Assembly (NCBI GenBank): GCA_013152315.1
Contig: JAADGP010000043.1
Coordinates: 1-61,028 of the forward strand
DNA length: 61,028 nucleotides
Direction: 5' to 3'
DNA from: FCB group bacterium
GTDB taxonomy: Bacteria > Fidelibacterota > Marinisomatia > Marinisomatales > JAADGP01
The notes beneath the pieces were generated by a model. It ran no database searches, had not been told where the DNA came from, and saw only the letters and a list, made by a program, of their open reading frames with translations. This document shows positions 8,410 to 18,179 of this stretch, piece after piece. Numbering within the stretch: the stretch's first letter is position 1; each line of letters begins with the position of its first letter. The translations under genes and the position numbers were made by a program.

Positions 8410-8607
8410 GTACGACAACCGTCCTGCCGCTGCGGGACAAGTTCCTCGGTTGTCGAGTATGGACTATTAGTTAAACCCTCAACAAGGAACGTCAGGTATA
8501 AATGTTCGACGCACTCTTTTCCTGGTTGTCGAGCGTAATCTATCAATGGGACCCGTCAACCAAGCTTGCCTGGCGTAACGCAGTGTAGCCAGGGATGCTT
8601 GACGTAC
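8410..8607. repeat. REP/BIME-like cluster (family 1), inverted relative to the RAYT locus
   Basis: A-long(+) 8410-8456 (GTACGACAACCGTCCTGCCGCTGCGGGACAAGTTCCTCGGTTGTCGAG), degenerate A ~8504-8533, B-long(-) 8553-8607 ending ...GCTTGACGTAC. Confidence 0.9.
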
Positions 8608-8677
8608 TACATACAGGATTTACCGGTTGAATCGGGGGGAGTGGAACGGTAATTTCGCAGACGTTATCGCGTTGAAA

Positions 8678-10252
8678 ATGAAGCAAACATCAATCATCCT
8701 TATTTCGATAATCTTTTCGTGCGTTCTATTCTCCCAGGAAGCCAGGAGTGTCCAGGGGGCTTTTGGGGCCGTTACCATCGACGGCAAAATTTGGAACCAA
8801 ATTGCCCTGCGACCGGTCATTCCGATCTGGAAATTCGGGGTCGCGCTCGATTTGGTCCTGTACATCGACCAGGACGGGAATATCCACAAGGATGAATGGG
8901 ATTTCTCCAGTCCGTCGGCGATTAAAAACACATTGATCGATAAAATCTACTACGTGCGTTTCGGTTATAGAACGGATCCGGTTTATTTTAAAATAGGCGC
9001 TCTTGATCGCGTGTCCTTGGGGTATGGGATTCTGGTGAACGGTTATGCCAATACGGTTCTTTATCCTCAGGTGCGAAAAGTCGGTTTGGAATGGAGTGTG
9101 AAAAACAAGCTGCTGTCCGTGCAGGGATTCGTAAATGATTTTAAAGAAAACCTGGGTCTGGTTGGTTTGCGTGTCGAACGGCCGTTGATGCCCGGAACAC
9201 CGGTTGGTGTGTCGGTGATTCTGGACAGAAATCAATACCTGGGATTAAAGGATCAGGATGATGACGGCCGGCCGGATCTGGTTGATGATTTTCCCAATAA
9301 CAAATTTTACTGGGTCGATTCCGATGGCGATGGCATCGCGGATAACGATCCCCTGGAATGGGATATTGACGGAGATGGGATTACCGATACCTTGGATAGC
9401 CGGATTCCGGGTTGGACGCTGGACACGACAATCGTGTTGGACCGGGATATTCTGCGCCGGGACGAACCATTGAATATAAAGGAAGACCGCGACCCGGTCG
9501 GCGCCATAGCCCTGGATATCGGTTTCCCGATCGTTGTCGAATCCAACATGTCGGTGTCCATATACGCCCAGGCGGCCAAGATGATCGGGAAAACATGGGA
9601 CCCGGAGAAAAAGAAAAAAGTTTCCACCGGTTCGGGAATTATTCCCGTCGGCATCGCGACCCGTTTCGGTCCGGCCCGGTTTAACCTGGAATACCGGATG
9701 ATCCCCCGGGGCAGATTTGAATTCGGTTACTGGAACCAGTCGTACCAGATTGAACGGGCCTCCATTTCAACCAGTGGGGAAGGAACCGGTCAGGCGGGCA
9801 ACGTAACCGCGATCATTACCAAAGAAAGCAGTTTGGGCCGGTATGGCCCCCTTAAAGGCTTTTACGCGCTTTTAAGTCTGGACTTGGGGAAACTGATTAT
9901 GGCGGAAGCGGCCTACCAGAATTTATCCGGAGAAATTTGGGATGAGGATACCCAGGAATTTTCGTATTCACCCAACCAGAATTTTTACGCCAATCTGAAA
10001 TTGCAGAAAAGTATCAGTCGTATTAAAACAGCCAAATTATTTTACCAGCAAAGAAACGTTCCCAACCTGTTTTCATTTGAATTTACCGAAAGCACGATTA
10101 TGGGATATCGCCTGGGACTCGCATTGGGGTCCGGAATGGTGCTTACTTATACCTATCAGCGGACATTTCGCGATTTAAACGGCGACGGCGATGTGAAGGA
10201 TGAAAATGAAATGGTCAATCTCACCGCAATTGAAACCAGTTTCACCTTTTAA
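8678..10252 (+). CDS. outer-membrane beta-barrel-like protein with thrombospondin-type-3-like acidic Ca-binding repeats
   Basis: Signal peptide MKQTSIILISIIFSCVLFSQ at the internal ATG 8678. Central DQDDDGRPDLVDDF...DSDGDGIADNDPLEWDIDGDGITDTLD repeats. Alternating beta-strand pattern, with the C-terminus ending ...AIETSFTF. Confidence 0.65.
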   Translation: MKQTSIILISIIFSCVLFSQEARSVQGAFGAVTIDGKIWNQIALRPVIPIWKFGVALDLVLYIDQDGNIHKDEWDFSSPSAIKNTLIDKIYYVRFGYRTDPVYFKIGALDRVSLGYGILVNGYANTVLYPQVRKVGLEWSVKNKLLSVQGFVNDFKENLGLVGLRVERPLMPGTPVGVSVILDRNQYLGLKDQDDDGRPDLVDDFPNNKFYWVDSDGDGIADNDPLEWDIDGDGITDTLDSRIPGWTLDTTIVLDRDILRRDEPLNIKEDRDPVGAIALDIGFPIVVESNMSVSIYAQAAKMIGKTWDPEKKKKVSTGSGIIPVGIATRFGPARFNLEYRMIPRGRFEFGYWNQSYQIERASISTSGEGTGQAGNVTAIITKESSLGRYGPLKGFYALLSLDLGKLIMAEAAYQNLSGEIWDEDTQEFSYSPNQNFYANLKLQKSISRIKTAKLFYQQRNVPNLFSFEFTESTIMGYRLGLALGSGMVLTYTYQRTFRDLNGDGDVKDENEMVNLTAIETSFTF

Positions 10253-10419
10253 AAAATTTGATCGTTACGAGTTGATGAGGCAACCGAGGCCACTGTGGAT
10301 AAGCCCGTAATGCGCGGGACGGGGGCGAGTAAGCCTAAAAGAGCAGCATAGAGTAAATAATGGTATTAACCGAAAAATCGAAAGGTAGCGAGTTTTCCTA
10401 ATTCGTTGGTGATTATAAG

Positions 10420-13008
10420 ATGAAAAGTAAAGACGTACGCCAATCGTTTATTCAATTTTTCGAAGACCGGGACCACAAATTCGTTCGGAGTTCACCGGTG
10501 GTACCCATGGATGATCCGACATTGCTGTTTACGAATGCCGGAATGAATCAATTCAAATCGATATTCATCGGGGAACAGGAGCCGCGTTATCGCCGGGTCG
10601 TGAACAGTCAGAAGTGCATTCGTGTCAGCGGTAAACATAACGACCTGGAGGAAGTCGGTGTGGACACATTTCACCATACCTTTTTCGAAATGTTGGGGAA
10701 CTGGTCCTTTGCCGATTATTACAAGGCGGAGGCCATTCGCTGGGCCTGGGAGTTGTTTACGGAAGTTTGGGGTTTGGACAAGAACCGCCTGTGGGCAACC
10801 GTTTACCACGATGACGACGAAGCTTTCGACCTTTGGGCGAAGGTTACCGATATCGCGCCGGAACGTATCCTGCGATTCGGCGCCAAAGATAATTTTTGGG
10901 AGATGGGCGACACCGGTCCTTGCGGACCTTGTTCGGAAATTCACTATTTTGTGGGCGAAGATATCAATAAGCAATCGGCTTCCGGCGTGAATCAATCCGC
11001 TTTATACTGGGAACTTTGGAATCTGGTTTTTATTCAATTTGACCGTGACCGCACGGGCCGATTGAACGAACTGCCCGGTAAACATGTTGATACCGGCGCC
11101 GGATTGGAGCGGATAGTGACCGTTTTGCAAGGTAAAAACAGTAATTATGACACCGATTTGTTCCAACCGATTATCCGCAAAGTCGAGGAAATAACCGGAA
11201 TTTCGTATCGCGAAAATCCGACTCCCCATCGGGTGATTGCCGATCACATCCGGATGCTGAGTTTCTCTATCGCCGACGGCGCCCTGCCGTCCAATGAAGG
11301 CCGAGGATATGTGTTAAGACGAATCTTACGCCGGGCCGCCCGCTTCGGTCGAATCCTGGGAAAACACGAACCGTTCATTTATGAGCTTGTCGACACGGTA
11401 GGTGAAATAATGGGCGCGGTCTATCCTGAACTGATTGATAAACAAACCCATATCCGCAAGGTGATCAAGGCGGAGGAAATATCGTTTAACGATACCCTGG
11501 ATCGCGGTTTGACCCATTTCGAACGCATATTGAAAACCTTATCCGGAAACGTAATCCCCGGTGAAGAAGCCTTCCGCCTATACGATACGTACGGTTTTCC
11601 TTTGGATCTGACCCAGCTTATGGCCCGGGAAAAGGGACTTACCGTGGATGAAGCCACGTTCAGGAAAGAGATGGAGCGGCAAAGGGCGCGCGCCAAGGCG
11701 GCGGGGAAATTCAAAGCGACTGTCGGGACAGTTCAGTGGAAAACCGTTTCCGAAGGACCCGATTCGGAATTCGAAGGTTATGACACGTTGGAAACGGACT
11801 CCCATATTCGGCGTTGGGCTTTATCCGACACGGGAATGTTGATCGTGTTGGACCGGACTCCTTTTTACGCCGAGTCGGGAGGCCAAATCGGTGATACCGG
11901 CACCATTACCGGAGACGGAATAGATTTGCGAGTAGTGGACACGAAAAAAGAAGGGGAGATGATTGTTCATTACTGCGAAGGGGATTTTGAGGAACGAAAG
12001 GTGGGCGAAGTCGTGCGTTGTTCGGTGGACTCCGAACGCCGGCAGGCAATCCGGCTGAACCACACCGCGACCCACTTGCTCCACGCCGCTCTGAGAGAGG
12101 TCTTAGGAGACCATGTTCACCAGGCCGGTTCTCTGGTTTCACCGGATTATCTGCGGTTTGATTTAACCCATTTCGAAAAAATCACCCCGGAAGAAATCGA
12201 ACGTATTGAAAAAATTGTTAATCAGGAAATCCTGAAAAATATTCCCCTGGATATCGCCTACCGGAGTTTCGATGAGGCGCGGGCCGAAGGAGCGGAAGCG
12301 CTGTTCGGGGAAAAGTACGGCGATGAAGTACGGGTGGTTACGATAGGTAAATTTTCGAAGGAGTTATGCGGGGGTGTCCATGTTGATCGGACCGGGGACA
12401 TCGGCTTGTTTAAGATTGTCGAGGAGTCTTCGTTGGCGGCCGGTGTGCGCCGGATTGTCGCCGTAACCGGTCGACAGGCGGTCGAATACATTCAGAAACA
12501 AACGCGCCTGCTTTCGCAATTGCAACAGCAATTGAAGTGCTCCGTCGATGAATTACCCCAACGTCTGGAACATGTAATTCAGCAGCGGAAAGAGCTGGAA
12601 AAAGCTTTGAAACGACGGTCTTCTTCGCCGCAACAGGATATGAAAAGCCTGGTGACTCAGGGAACCAGGATCGGGGATCATACCATTGTCATAAAAGAAA
12701 TGAACGTATCCACCCTCGATGAGCTCAAGTCTCTGGGGGATGAGTTGTTGGAGGCTTTACATTCCGGGGTGGGTGTTTTAGGAATGCAAGGCGAAAAAAA
12801 GCCGGCTATTGTTGTTGTCGTTACCCGCGATCTTATTAAGAACGGAGTAAAAGCGGGTGATTTGGCAAAAACGATCGGCGCCCAAATGGAAGGTGGAGGC
12901 GGTGGAAAGCCGCACCTGGCAACCGCCGGGGGGAAAGACTCTTCCAAGTTGAAAAAGGCCCTCGAAGGCAGTATTGATGTGATTAAGGAAGCAATATCAA
13001 AAAAATAA
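10420..13008 (+). CDS. alaS: alanine--tRNA ligase
   Basis: 862 aa with FTNAGMNQFK and HHTFFEMLGNWSF. Editing-domain HTATHLLH motif and C-terminal GGGGGKPHLA (DHHA1). Confidence 0.97.
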   Translation: MKSKDVRQSFIQFFEDRDHKFVRSSPVVPMDDPTLLFTNAGMNQFKSIFIGEQEPRYRRVVNSQKCIRVSGKHNDLEEVGVDTFHHTFFEMLGNWSFADYYKAEAIRWAWELFTEVWGLDKNRLWATVYHDDDEAFDLWAKVTDIAPERILRFGAKDNFWEMGDTGPCGPCSEIHYFVGEDINKQSASGVNQSALYWELWNLVFIQFDRDRTGRLNELPGKHVDTGAGLERIVTVLQGKNSNYDTDLFQPIIRKVEEITGISYRENPTPHRVIADHIRMLSFSIADGALPSNEGRGYVLRRILRRAARFGRILGKHEPFIYELVDTVGEIMGAVYPELIDKQTHIRKVIKAEEISFNDTLDRGLTHFERILKTLSGNVIPGEEAFRLYDTYGFPLDLTQLMAREKGLTVDEATFRKEMERQRARAKAAGKFKATVGTVQWKTVSEGPDSEFEGYDTLETDSHIRRWALSDTGMLIVLDRTPFYAESGGQIGDTGTITGDGIDLRVVDTKKEGEMIVHYCEGDFEERKVGEVVRCSVDSERRQAIRLNHTATHLLHAALREVLGDHVHQAGSLVSPDYLRFDLTHFEKITPEEIERIEKIVNQEILKNIPLDIAYRSFDEARAEGAEALFGEKYGDEVRVVTIGKFSKELCGGVHVDRTGDIGLFKIVEESSLAAGVRRIVAVTGRQAVEYIQKQTRLLSQLQQQLKCSVDELPQRLEHVIQQRKELEKALKRRSSSPQQDMKSLVTQGTRIGDHTIVIKEMNVSTLDELKSLGDELLEALHSGVGVLGMQGEKKPAIVVVVTRDLIKNGVKAGDLAKTIGAQMEGGGGGKPHLATAGGKDSSKLKKALEGSIDVIKEAISKK

Positions 13009-13030
13009 CAGGATAACAGCGAGTACGAAA

Positions 13031-13456
13031 ATGCAATACAAACAGTTTGATTCCACGTTTTATATTTATGTCGAACAAAATGAGCCGGTAATGGCTACCT
13101 TAATAAAATTTTGTCAGGATCACGGCATCCAAAACGGGCAATTGTCCGGTATCGGTGCGGTGAAGGAAATTGAGATCGGGGCGTACGATGTTGAGTCACA
13201 GACGTACGTTAAAAAAACGATTCCTGGCACGCGGGAGTTGGTATCCTTTCAGGGGAATATTGCTCTGAAGGACGGGATTCCGTTCATCCATGCTCACATA
13301 ACCATCAGCAATCATGACCTTGAATTGATGGGCGGCCACCTTTTTGAAATGTCTGTCGCCGCGGTGGGTGAATTTGTTCTGCACAAATTGGAAGGCGATG
13401 CCTGGCGGGAACTTGATCCCAAAATCGGACTGGCCACCTGGTGCCTGGAAAATTGA
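13031..13456 (+). CDS. PPC (DUF296) domain protein
   Basis: 141 aa. GIGAVKEIEIGAYD...FIHAHITISNHDLELMGGHL pattern typical of PPC/DUF296 proteins. Confidence 0.7.
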   Translation: MQYKQFDSTFYIYVEQNEPVMATLIKFCQDHGIQNGQLSGIGAVKEIEIGAYDVESQTYVKKTIPGTRELVSFQGNIALKDGIPFIHAHITISNHDLELMGGHLFEMSVAAVGEFVLHKLEGDAWRELDPKIGLATWCLEN

Positions 13457-13546
13457 ATCCCCGTCGGTTAATGTTCCTTTGCAAGCCGGGCCTTTGGGTG
13501 CGTGATCCGGAGGTGTATAGGCAGGTAAAAAAACAGGAGGAGTAAT

Positions 13547-13930
13547 ATGGAACGGAGAATCATTCATACGCCCTTGGCCCCGGAAGCAATCGGTCCGTAC
13601 AATCAGGCTGTTGTTTCTGGCGGGCTGGTGTTTACGGCCGGGCAAATCCCGCTGGATCCCAAAACCGGGAAACTAATTAATGGTGATTTCAAGCGGCAGG
13701 TTGATCAGGTGTTGCATAATCTCAATGCCATTTTAAGCGCCGCCGGTTCCGATCTTTCCAAGGCAGTGAAATTGACCGTGTTTCTGACCGATCTCGGTCA
13801 ATTCGCGCTCCTGAACGAAGTGTTTTCGGAACGGTTTTCCGGGTCGGAATACCCCGCCAGATCGGTGGTGGAGGTGTCCGCCTTACCGCTGGGAGCCGCG
13901 GTCGAAATTGAATGTGTTGCCGCTCTGTGA
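13547..13930 (+). CDS. ridA: RidA/YjgF-family reactive-intermediate deaminase
   Basis: 127 aa with APEAIGPYNQAV...GQIPLDP...PARSVVEVSALPLGAAVEIE, a canonical YjgF/RidA signature. Confidence 0.9.
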   Translation: MERRIIHTPLAPEAIGPYNQAVVSGGLVFTAGQIPLDPKTGKLINGDFKRQVDQVLHNLNAILSAAGSDLSKAVKLTVFLTDLGQFALLNEVFSERFSGSEYPARSVVEVSALPLGAAVEIECVAAL

Positions 13931-13967
13931 ATCGGAACCGATAGGGTCGTAACGGTATTGATTCCCG

Positions 13968-14390
13968 GTGAAATTCGCCAAATTAATTATTGCGTCCGGA
14001 TTGATAATCGCGGTTTGTCACGGACAGGAACCCGACTCCCTTCTTCAAAATCATTCACCGAAAAAAGCGGCCATGTACGCCTTGCTGTTCCCGGGTGGAG
14101 GACAGGTCTATAACGGTCGGTATGCAAAAGCGGTTATGATCGTTGGCCTGGAAGTTTTGGCTTACTGGCGTTTTTCGGTGAATAGCGATAGTTACCGGAA
14201 TTATGACGACGGGTTTGCATTGCCGCGTCATCGCTATTTGGAGAAACGAAATAAATATGCATGGTGGGTAGGATTTATCTATATTTACGGCTTATTGGAT
14301 GCCGTGGTTGATGCTCATTTGCAATCATTCGATGCCATCATGAGTGAAGATTTGGAAAAACCACCCCCTGAGAAAGAAAAACAGGATTAA
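13968..14390 (+). CDS. DUF5683-like membrane protein
   Basis: 140 aa with a GTG start, signal-like N-terminus, LLFPGGGQVYNGRYAKA motif and WWVGFIYIYGLLDAVVDA. Confidence 0.6.
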   Translation: MKFAKLIIASGLIIAVCHGQEPDSLLQNHSPKKAAMYALLFPGGGQVYNGRYAKAVMIVGLEVLAYWRFSVNSDSYRNYDDGFALPRHRYLEKRNKYAWWVGFIYIYGLLDAVVDAHLQSFDAIMSEDLEKPPPEKEKQD

Positions 14391-14395
14391 AAAAA

Positions 14396-15760
14396 ATGGC
14401 TGAGAAACGTGAACATTGGGGTTCGAAGTTCGGGTTTATCCTGGCCGCCGCCGGTTCGGCGATCGGGTTGGGGAATATTTGGAAATTTCCCTATATCGCC
14501 GGTGAAAATGGTGGAGCGGCCTTTGTTTTTATCTATTTAATCTGTATCGCGATGATCGGATTGCCGGTTTTGATAGCCGAAATATTATTAGGCCGAACGA
14601 CCCAGAGAAATCCCGTGGGAGCGTTTAATAAATTAAATGGTCGTCCCTTCTGGACCATGGTGGGTGGCATAGGTGTATTGGCAGGGTTTATTATTTTGTC
14701 GTTTTACAGTGTTGTTGCCGGGTGGTCGATCGGTTATATCGTGGAAGCGGTAAAAGGCACTTTCTACAATTATCCCGATGCCGCCTCCGCCGGCGAACAT
14801 TTCGACGCATTGGTTCACAACGCGTGGTGGGTTATAGGGTATCACGGCCTGTTTTTTATTTTAACAATGATAGTGGTGTATTTCGGCGTGAAAGGTGGGA
14901 TTGAACGGGGCAGTAAAATCATGATGCCCGTCCTTTTCGTCATCCTGATCATCCTGGTGATCCGGGGAGTTACCCTCGAAGGGGCCGATAAGGGGTTGAC
15001 ATTTTTATGGAACCCTGACTGGAGCAAAATCACCAGTCAATCGGTATTGATTGCCTTAGGGCACGCCTTTTTTACCTTGAGCCTGGGAATGGGGGCCATG
15101 ATGACTTACGGGAGCTATTTATCGGAAAAAGATAATATTCCCGCCGCCGCTTTGGAGATCGTGATTCTGGACACGTTAATTGCCCTGTTGGCGGGCGTCG
15201 CGATATTCACCGCTGTTTTTGCCACCGCGCAAGATCCTGCCGTCGGTCCGGGATTGATATTCCGAACTTTACCGGTGGTGTTTACCAAGATGCCGGGCGG
15301 GTTTCTTTTCGCGATCCTGTTTTTCTTATTACTAACATTGGCGGCTTTAACATCGGCCATTTCATTACTGGAAGTCGTTGTTGCCTTTTTTGTGGACGAG
15401 ATGAACTGGACCCGGCACAGGGCCGTGCTGGTCTTTGGCTTTATAACTTTCCTGTTGGGTGTGCCCAGCGCCTTATCGTTTAATCTCCTGGCCGATTATA
15501 AATTGTTTGATCATACCTTCTTCGATGTCATGGATTTTCTGGCTTCAAATATCCTTTTACCGGTTGGTGGCTTTTTTATTTCCATCTTTGTGGCCTGGGT
15601 TTGGGGCCTGGATCGGGCCGTTGTGGAACTGAAAAAAGGTGCCGTAAACTTGTTTGAAAAACATGCGGGAATCATACGGTCATGGAAATGGTTTTTGAAA
15701 TATCTATCCCCGGTGATGATCCTGATTGTTTTTCTCTATTCCATAGGGCTTATTAAGTAA
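14396..15760 (+). CDS. sodium-dependent transporter, neurotransmitter:sodium symporter (SNF) family
   Basis: 454 aa and polytopic. GSAIGLGNIWKFPY motif near the N-terminus. Confidence 0.92.
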   Translation: MAEKREHWGSKFGFILAAAGSAIGLGNIWKFPYIAGENGGAAFVFIYLICIAMIGLPVLIAEILLGRTTQRNPVGAFNKLNGRPFWTMVGGIGVLAGFIILSFYSVVAGWSIGYIVEAVKGTFYNYPDAASAGEHFDALVHNAWWVIGYHGLFFILTMIVVYFGVKGGIERGSKIMMPVLFVILIILVIRGVTLEGADKGLTFLWNPDWSKITSQSVLIALGHAFFTLSLGMGAMMTYGSYLSEKDNIPAAALEIVILDTLIALLAGVAIFTAVFATAQDPAVGPGLIFRTLPVVFTKMPGGFLFAILFFLLLTLAALTSAISLLEVVVAFFVDEMNWTRHRAVLVFGFITFLLGVPSALSFNLLADYKLFDHTFFDVMDFLASNILLPVGGFFISIFVAWVWGLDRAVVELKKGAVNLFEKHAGIIRSWKWFLKYLSPVMILIVFLYSIGLIK

Positions 15761-15874
15761 CTTGTCCCTTGTGAAAAGACATGTCAATCCTGGAAAAGAC
15801 GCAACACGTTTTCCGCCAGCCGGCGGATTTCACACAGGGTTTGAAGAATAACTCAAAACGAAGAAAGGGTAATC

Positions 15875-16666
15875 ATGCTGATTGCCAAGATCATTCCCCC
15901 GGACTCGTCACTATATAAACGCCTTTCCGGTCTCGCGAAGTCCCTGGATGGCTTCATGGAGTACAGACCGTTGGATTGGTTCTGGATATGGACCATGTTC
16001 GTCGCCGGAATGGGCACGCACGCGGGGTACGTTGAGCGGCATTTTTTCTGGGAATTTACCCCCTGGCATATTGGAATTTTGTCGCTGGCGGTAGTTACGT
16101 ATATTGTGGCCGTTTTCGTTCTGAAACGAGGGATATTGAAGGCGACACCGACCGTGAAGGAAATCGGGGTTTATTCGCTTTTCGGTCTGGCGCTTTTTCT
16201 ATTGGGATGGGGTAGTAATCCCCTGGTGGGGATAAAATACAGTATTCCCTATCTCCTGTTTTTAATAGCGGTTATGTTTGTTTTTGCCATTCCTCTGAAT
16301 AAAGATGAAAAAAGCGGTGAGGTGACAATTGCTTCCCAATCCAAAAAACGAGTGTACGTGTTTGTCGCGTTATTATTAACCGTCGCGGCCACGGTGATTG
16401 GTTATTATCTTGACGATCCGGTTGCAAGTACGGCTTCTGTAGTCTATTTGCCGTTCCTGGTTGTCGCGTCCGTCACATCGCATGTTCGTCATGTTCAGCG
16501 GTCCAGGATATTTTCGATATTTATCATGGCCATGTTTGTTTCCGCCCGGGAAGCCTGGTTTTTAATACCGTTGGTAATTTTATTTTATGCCTTACGGTAC
16601 TATTATTATTTCCGGCACCAGATAGTCTATCCTACATTCAGCGTCCATATGGATGAGGAACAATAG
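15875..16666 (+). CDS. hypothetical polytopic membrane protein
   Basis: 263 aa with ~7 hydrophobic helices and no recognisable motifs. It lacks the Asp-rich motifs of UbiA prenyltransferases. Confidence 0.55.
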   Translation: MLIAKIIPPDSSLYKRLSGLAKSLDGFMEYRPLDWFWIWTMFVAGMGTHAGYVERHFFWEFTPWHIGILSLAVVTYIVAVFVLKRGILKATPTVKEIGVYSLFGLALFLLGWGSNPLVGIKYSIPYLLFLIAVMFVFAIPLNKDEKSGEVTIASQSKKRVYVFVALLLTVAATVIGYYLDDPVASTASVVYLPFLVVASVTSHVRHVQRSRIFSIFIMAMFVSAREAWFLIPLVILFYALRYYYYFRHQIVYPTFSVHMDEEQ

Positions 16667-16739
16667 ATTGATTGTAATGTTGAAATACGCTTGCTTCCGG
16701 GTTGATTCATCACCCCTGTAGTCGGGATTTTGTATTGAA

Positions 16740-16925
16740 ATGATTAGAATCGAAGAGAATAAATGTGATTTTTGCGGTTGCTGTGTAGGGCTTTGCCCCA
16801 CGGATTGTATTGAAGTCAAAGAGGCCGTCATTGAGATTGACGACGACGAGTGTGTGGACTGCGATTTATGTATTTTTATTTGTCCGATTGAAGTATTAAG
16901 TCATGTGGAAAAAACAGCAGTTTGA
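16740..16925 (+). CDS. 2x[4Fe-4S] ferredoxin
   Basis: 61 aa with two CxxCxxCxxxCP motifs (CDFCGCCVGLCP and CVDCDLCIFICP). Overlaps the next gene by 23 nt. Confidence 0.85.
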   Translation: MIRIEENKCDFCGCCVGLCPTDCIEVKEAVIEIDDDECVDCDLCIFICPIEVLSHVEKTAV

Positions 16926-18090
16926 TGTAGTGGTGGTGGGGGGAGGACCCGCCGGATCGACCTTTGCACGAATCGCCGCCCGGGGGGGCCTGTCGGTTCT
17001 TGTCCTGGAAAAAGATCGTGACATCGGTGTCCCGGTTCGTTGCGGGGAAGCCGTAAGTGACGCTGGTTTAAGAATTTTTCACGAACCCCGGGACAGGTGG
17101 ATTAAATCGACTATCACGAGGATAAAATTGGTCGCCCCGAATGAGTCCAGTGTGGAATTCGATATGAAAGAAAAGGGGTATATCCTGGACCGCCGGATCT
17201 TCGATTACGATCTGGCTGACATGGCCGTCGAAGAGGGGGCGATTGTCATCACCAAGGCCTATGTGGATGGGCTGCTGATTGACAATGATTACGCGGTCGG
17301 GGTGAAGGGGACATACCTGAATGAACCTTTCGAAGTCCGTGCAAAACTGGTAGTCGGAGCCGATGGGGTCGAAAGTCGTGTCGGTCGCTGGATGGGGATA
17401 CGTACCCAGTTGAAATTAAAGGATATGGAATCGGCCATTCAGAAAACGGTTTCGGGAATCGACGTGGAACCGGATCGATTTGAATTTTACCTGTCCAAAA
17501 AATGGGCGCCGGGAGGATATTTGTGGGTATTCCCCAAGGGGAGACATATGGCCAATATCGGCCTGGGGATTTCGGGAAATTATGCCCGGGAAGGTAAAGC
17601 CGCCTGTCGTTTCCTTGATGAATTCCTGGAATGGAAATATCCCCAGGCATCCGTTTTAACAACGGTGGCCGGCGGAGTCCCCGTAGCCAAAACACTTAAA
17701 CAAATCGTTGCCAATGGTCTGATGTTGGTTGGTGATGCCGCCCGTACCGTGAATCCGATGACGGGCGGGGGTATTATTTCAGCCATGCGGAGTGGCTTAT
17801 TGGCGGCGGAGACGGCCGTGGAATTAATCAAAAACCGTAAGGATCTGCACATGAAAAACCTGCGGGAGTATGAACACCGGTGGCATAAAATAGGCGGGCG
17901 CAACCATGAACGGTATTATCGCTTGAAAGAGGCCATCTTCCGGTTTTCGGATGACGATCTGAATCGTATCGCCAGCCGGATTGCCGCTGTTTCCGTTGAC
18001 GACCGGTCATTATTGAAATTATTTTCGATCGCCGTGGCCCAGAAACCCACGTTATTAATTGATGTGGTTCGTTTATTTGCAAGGCTGTAG
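16903..18090 (+). CDS. geranylgeranyl reductase family FAD-dependent oxidoreductase
   Basis: 395 aa with the dinucleotide fold VVVVGGGPAGS, a VRCGEAV motif (GGR catalytic Cys region) and VGDAARTVNPMTGGGI. Confidence 0.85.
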   Translation: MWKKQQFDVVVVGGGPAGSTFARIAARGGLSVLVLEKDRDIGVPVRCGEAVSDAGLRIFHEPRDRWIKSTITRIKLVAPNESSVEFDMKEKGYILDRRIFDYDLADMAVEEGAIVITKAYVDGLLIDNDYAVGVKGTYLNEPFEVRAKLVVGADGVESRVGRWMGIRTQLKLKDMESAIQKTVSGIDVEPDRFEFYLSKKWAPGGYLWVFPKGRHMANIGLGISGNYAREGKAACRFLDEFLEWKYPQASVLTTVAGGVPVAKTLKQIVANGLMLVGDAARTVNPMTGGGIISAMRSGLLAAETAVELIKNRKDLHMKNLREYEHRWHKIGGRNHERYYRLKEAIFRFSDDDLNRIASRIAAVSVDDRSLLKLFSIAVAQKPTLLIDVVRLFARL

Positions 18091-18179
18091 TGATCATCAG
18101 CGCTTTTCAAACCTATTCCGAACCCAATCAACAATTCAAATATTTTATAAACAATTGAATTATAAACCAGAGTAAACAC

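Noticed and set aside
15875-16666. The polytopic membrane protein upstream of ferredoxin-GGR could be a UbiA-type prenyltransferase (DGGGP-synthase-like).
   Set aside because: Neither Asp-rich motif (NDxxDxxxD or DxxxD) is present, so I cannot support this. It is kept as a hypothetical membrane protein.
18091-18179. A possible LexA/SOS box could lie upstream of dinG (CGAAC string at ~18120, AATTCAA-N16-TTGAATT repeat).
   Set aside because: There is no full Cheo-type (CGAACN4GTTCG) or E. coli-type (CTGT-N8-ACAG) box. The inverted repeat is short and AT-rich, so the evidence is insufficient.
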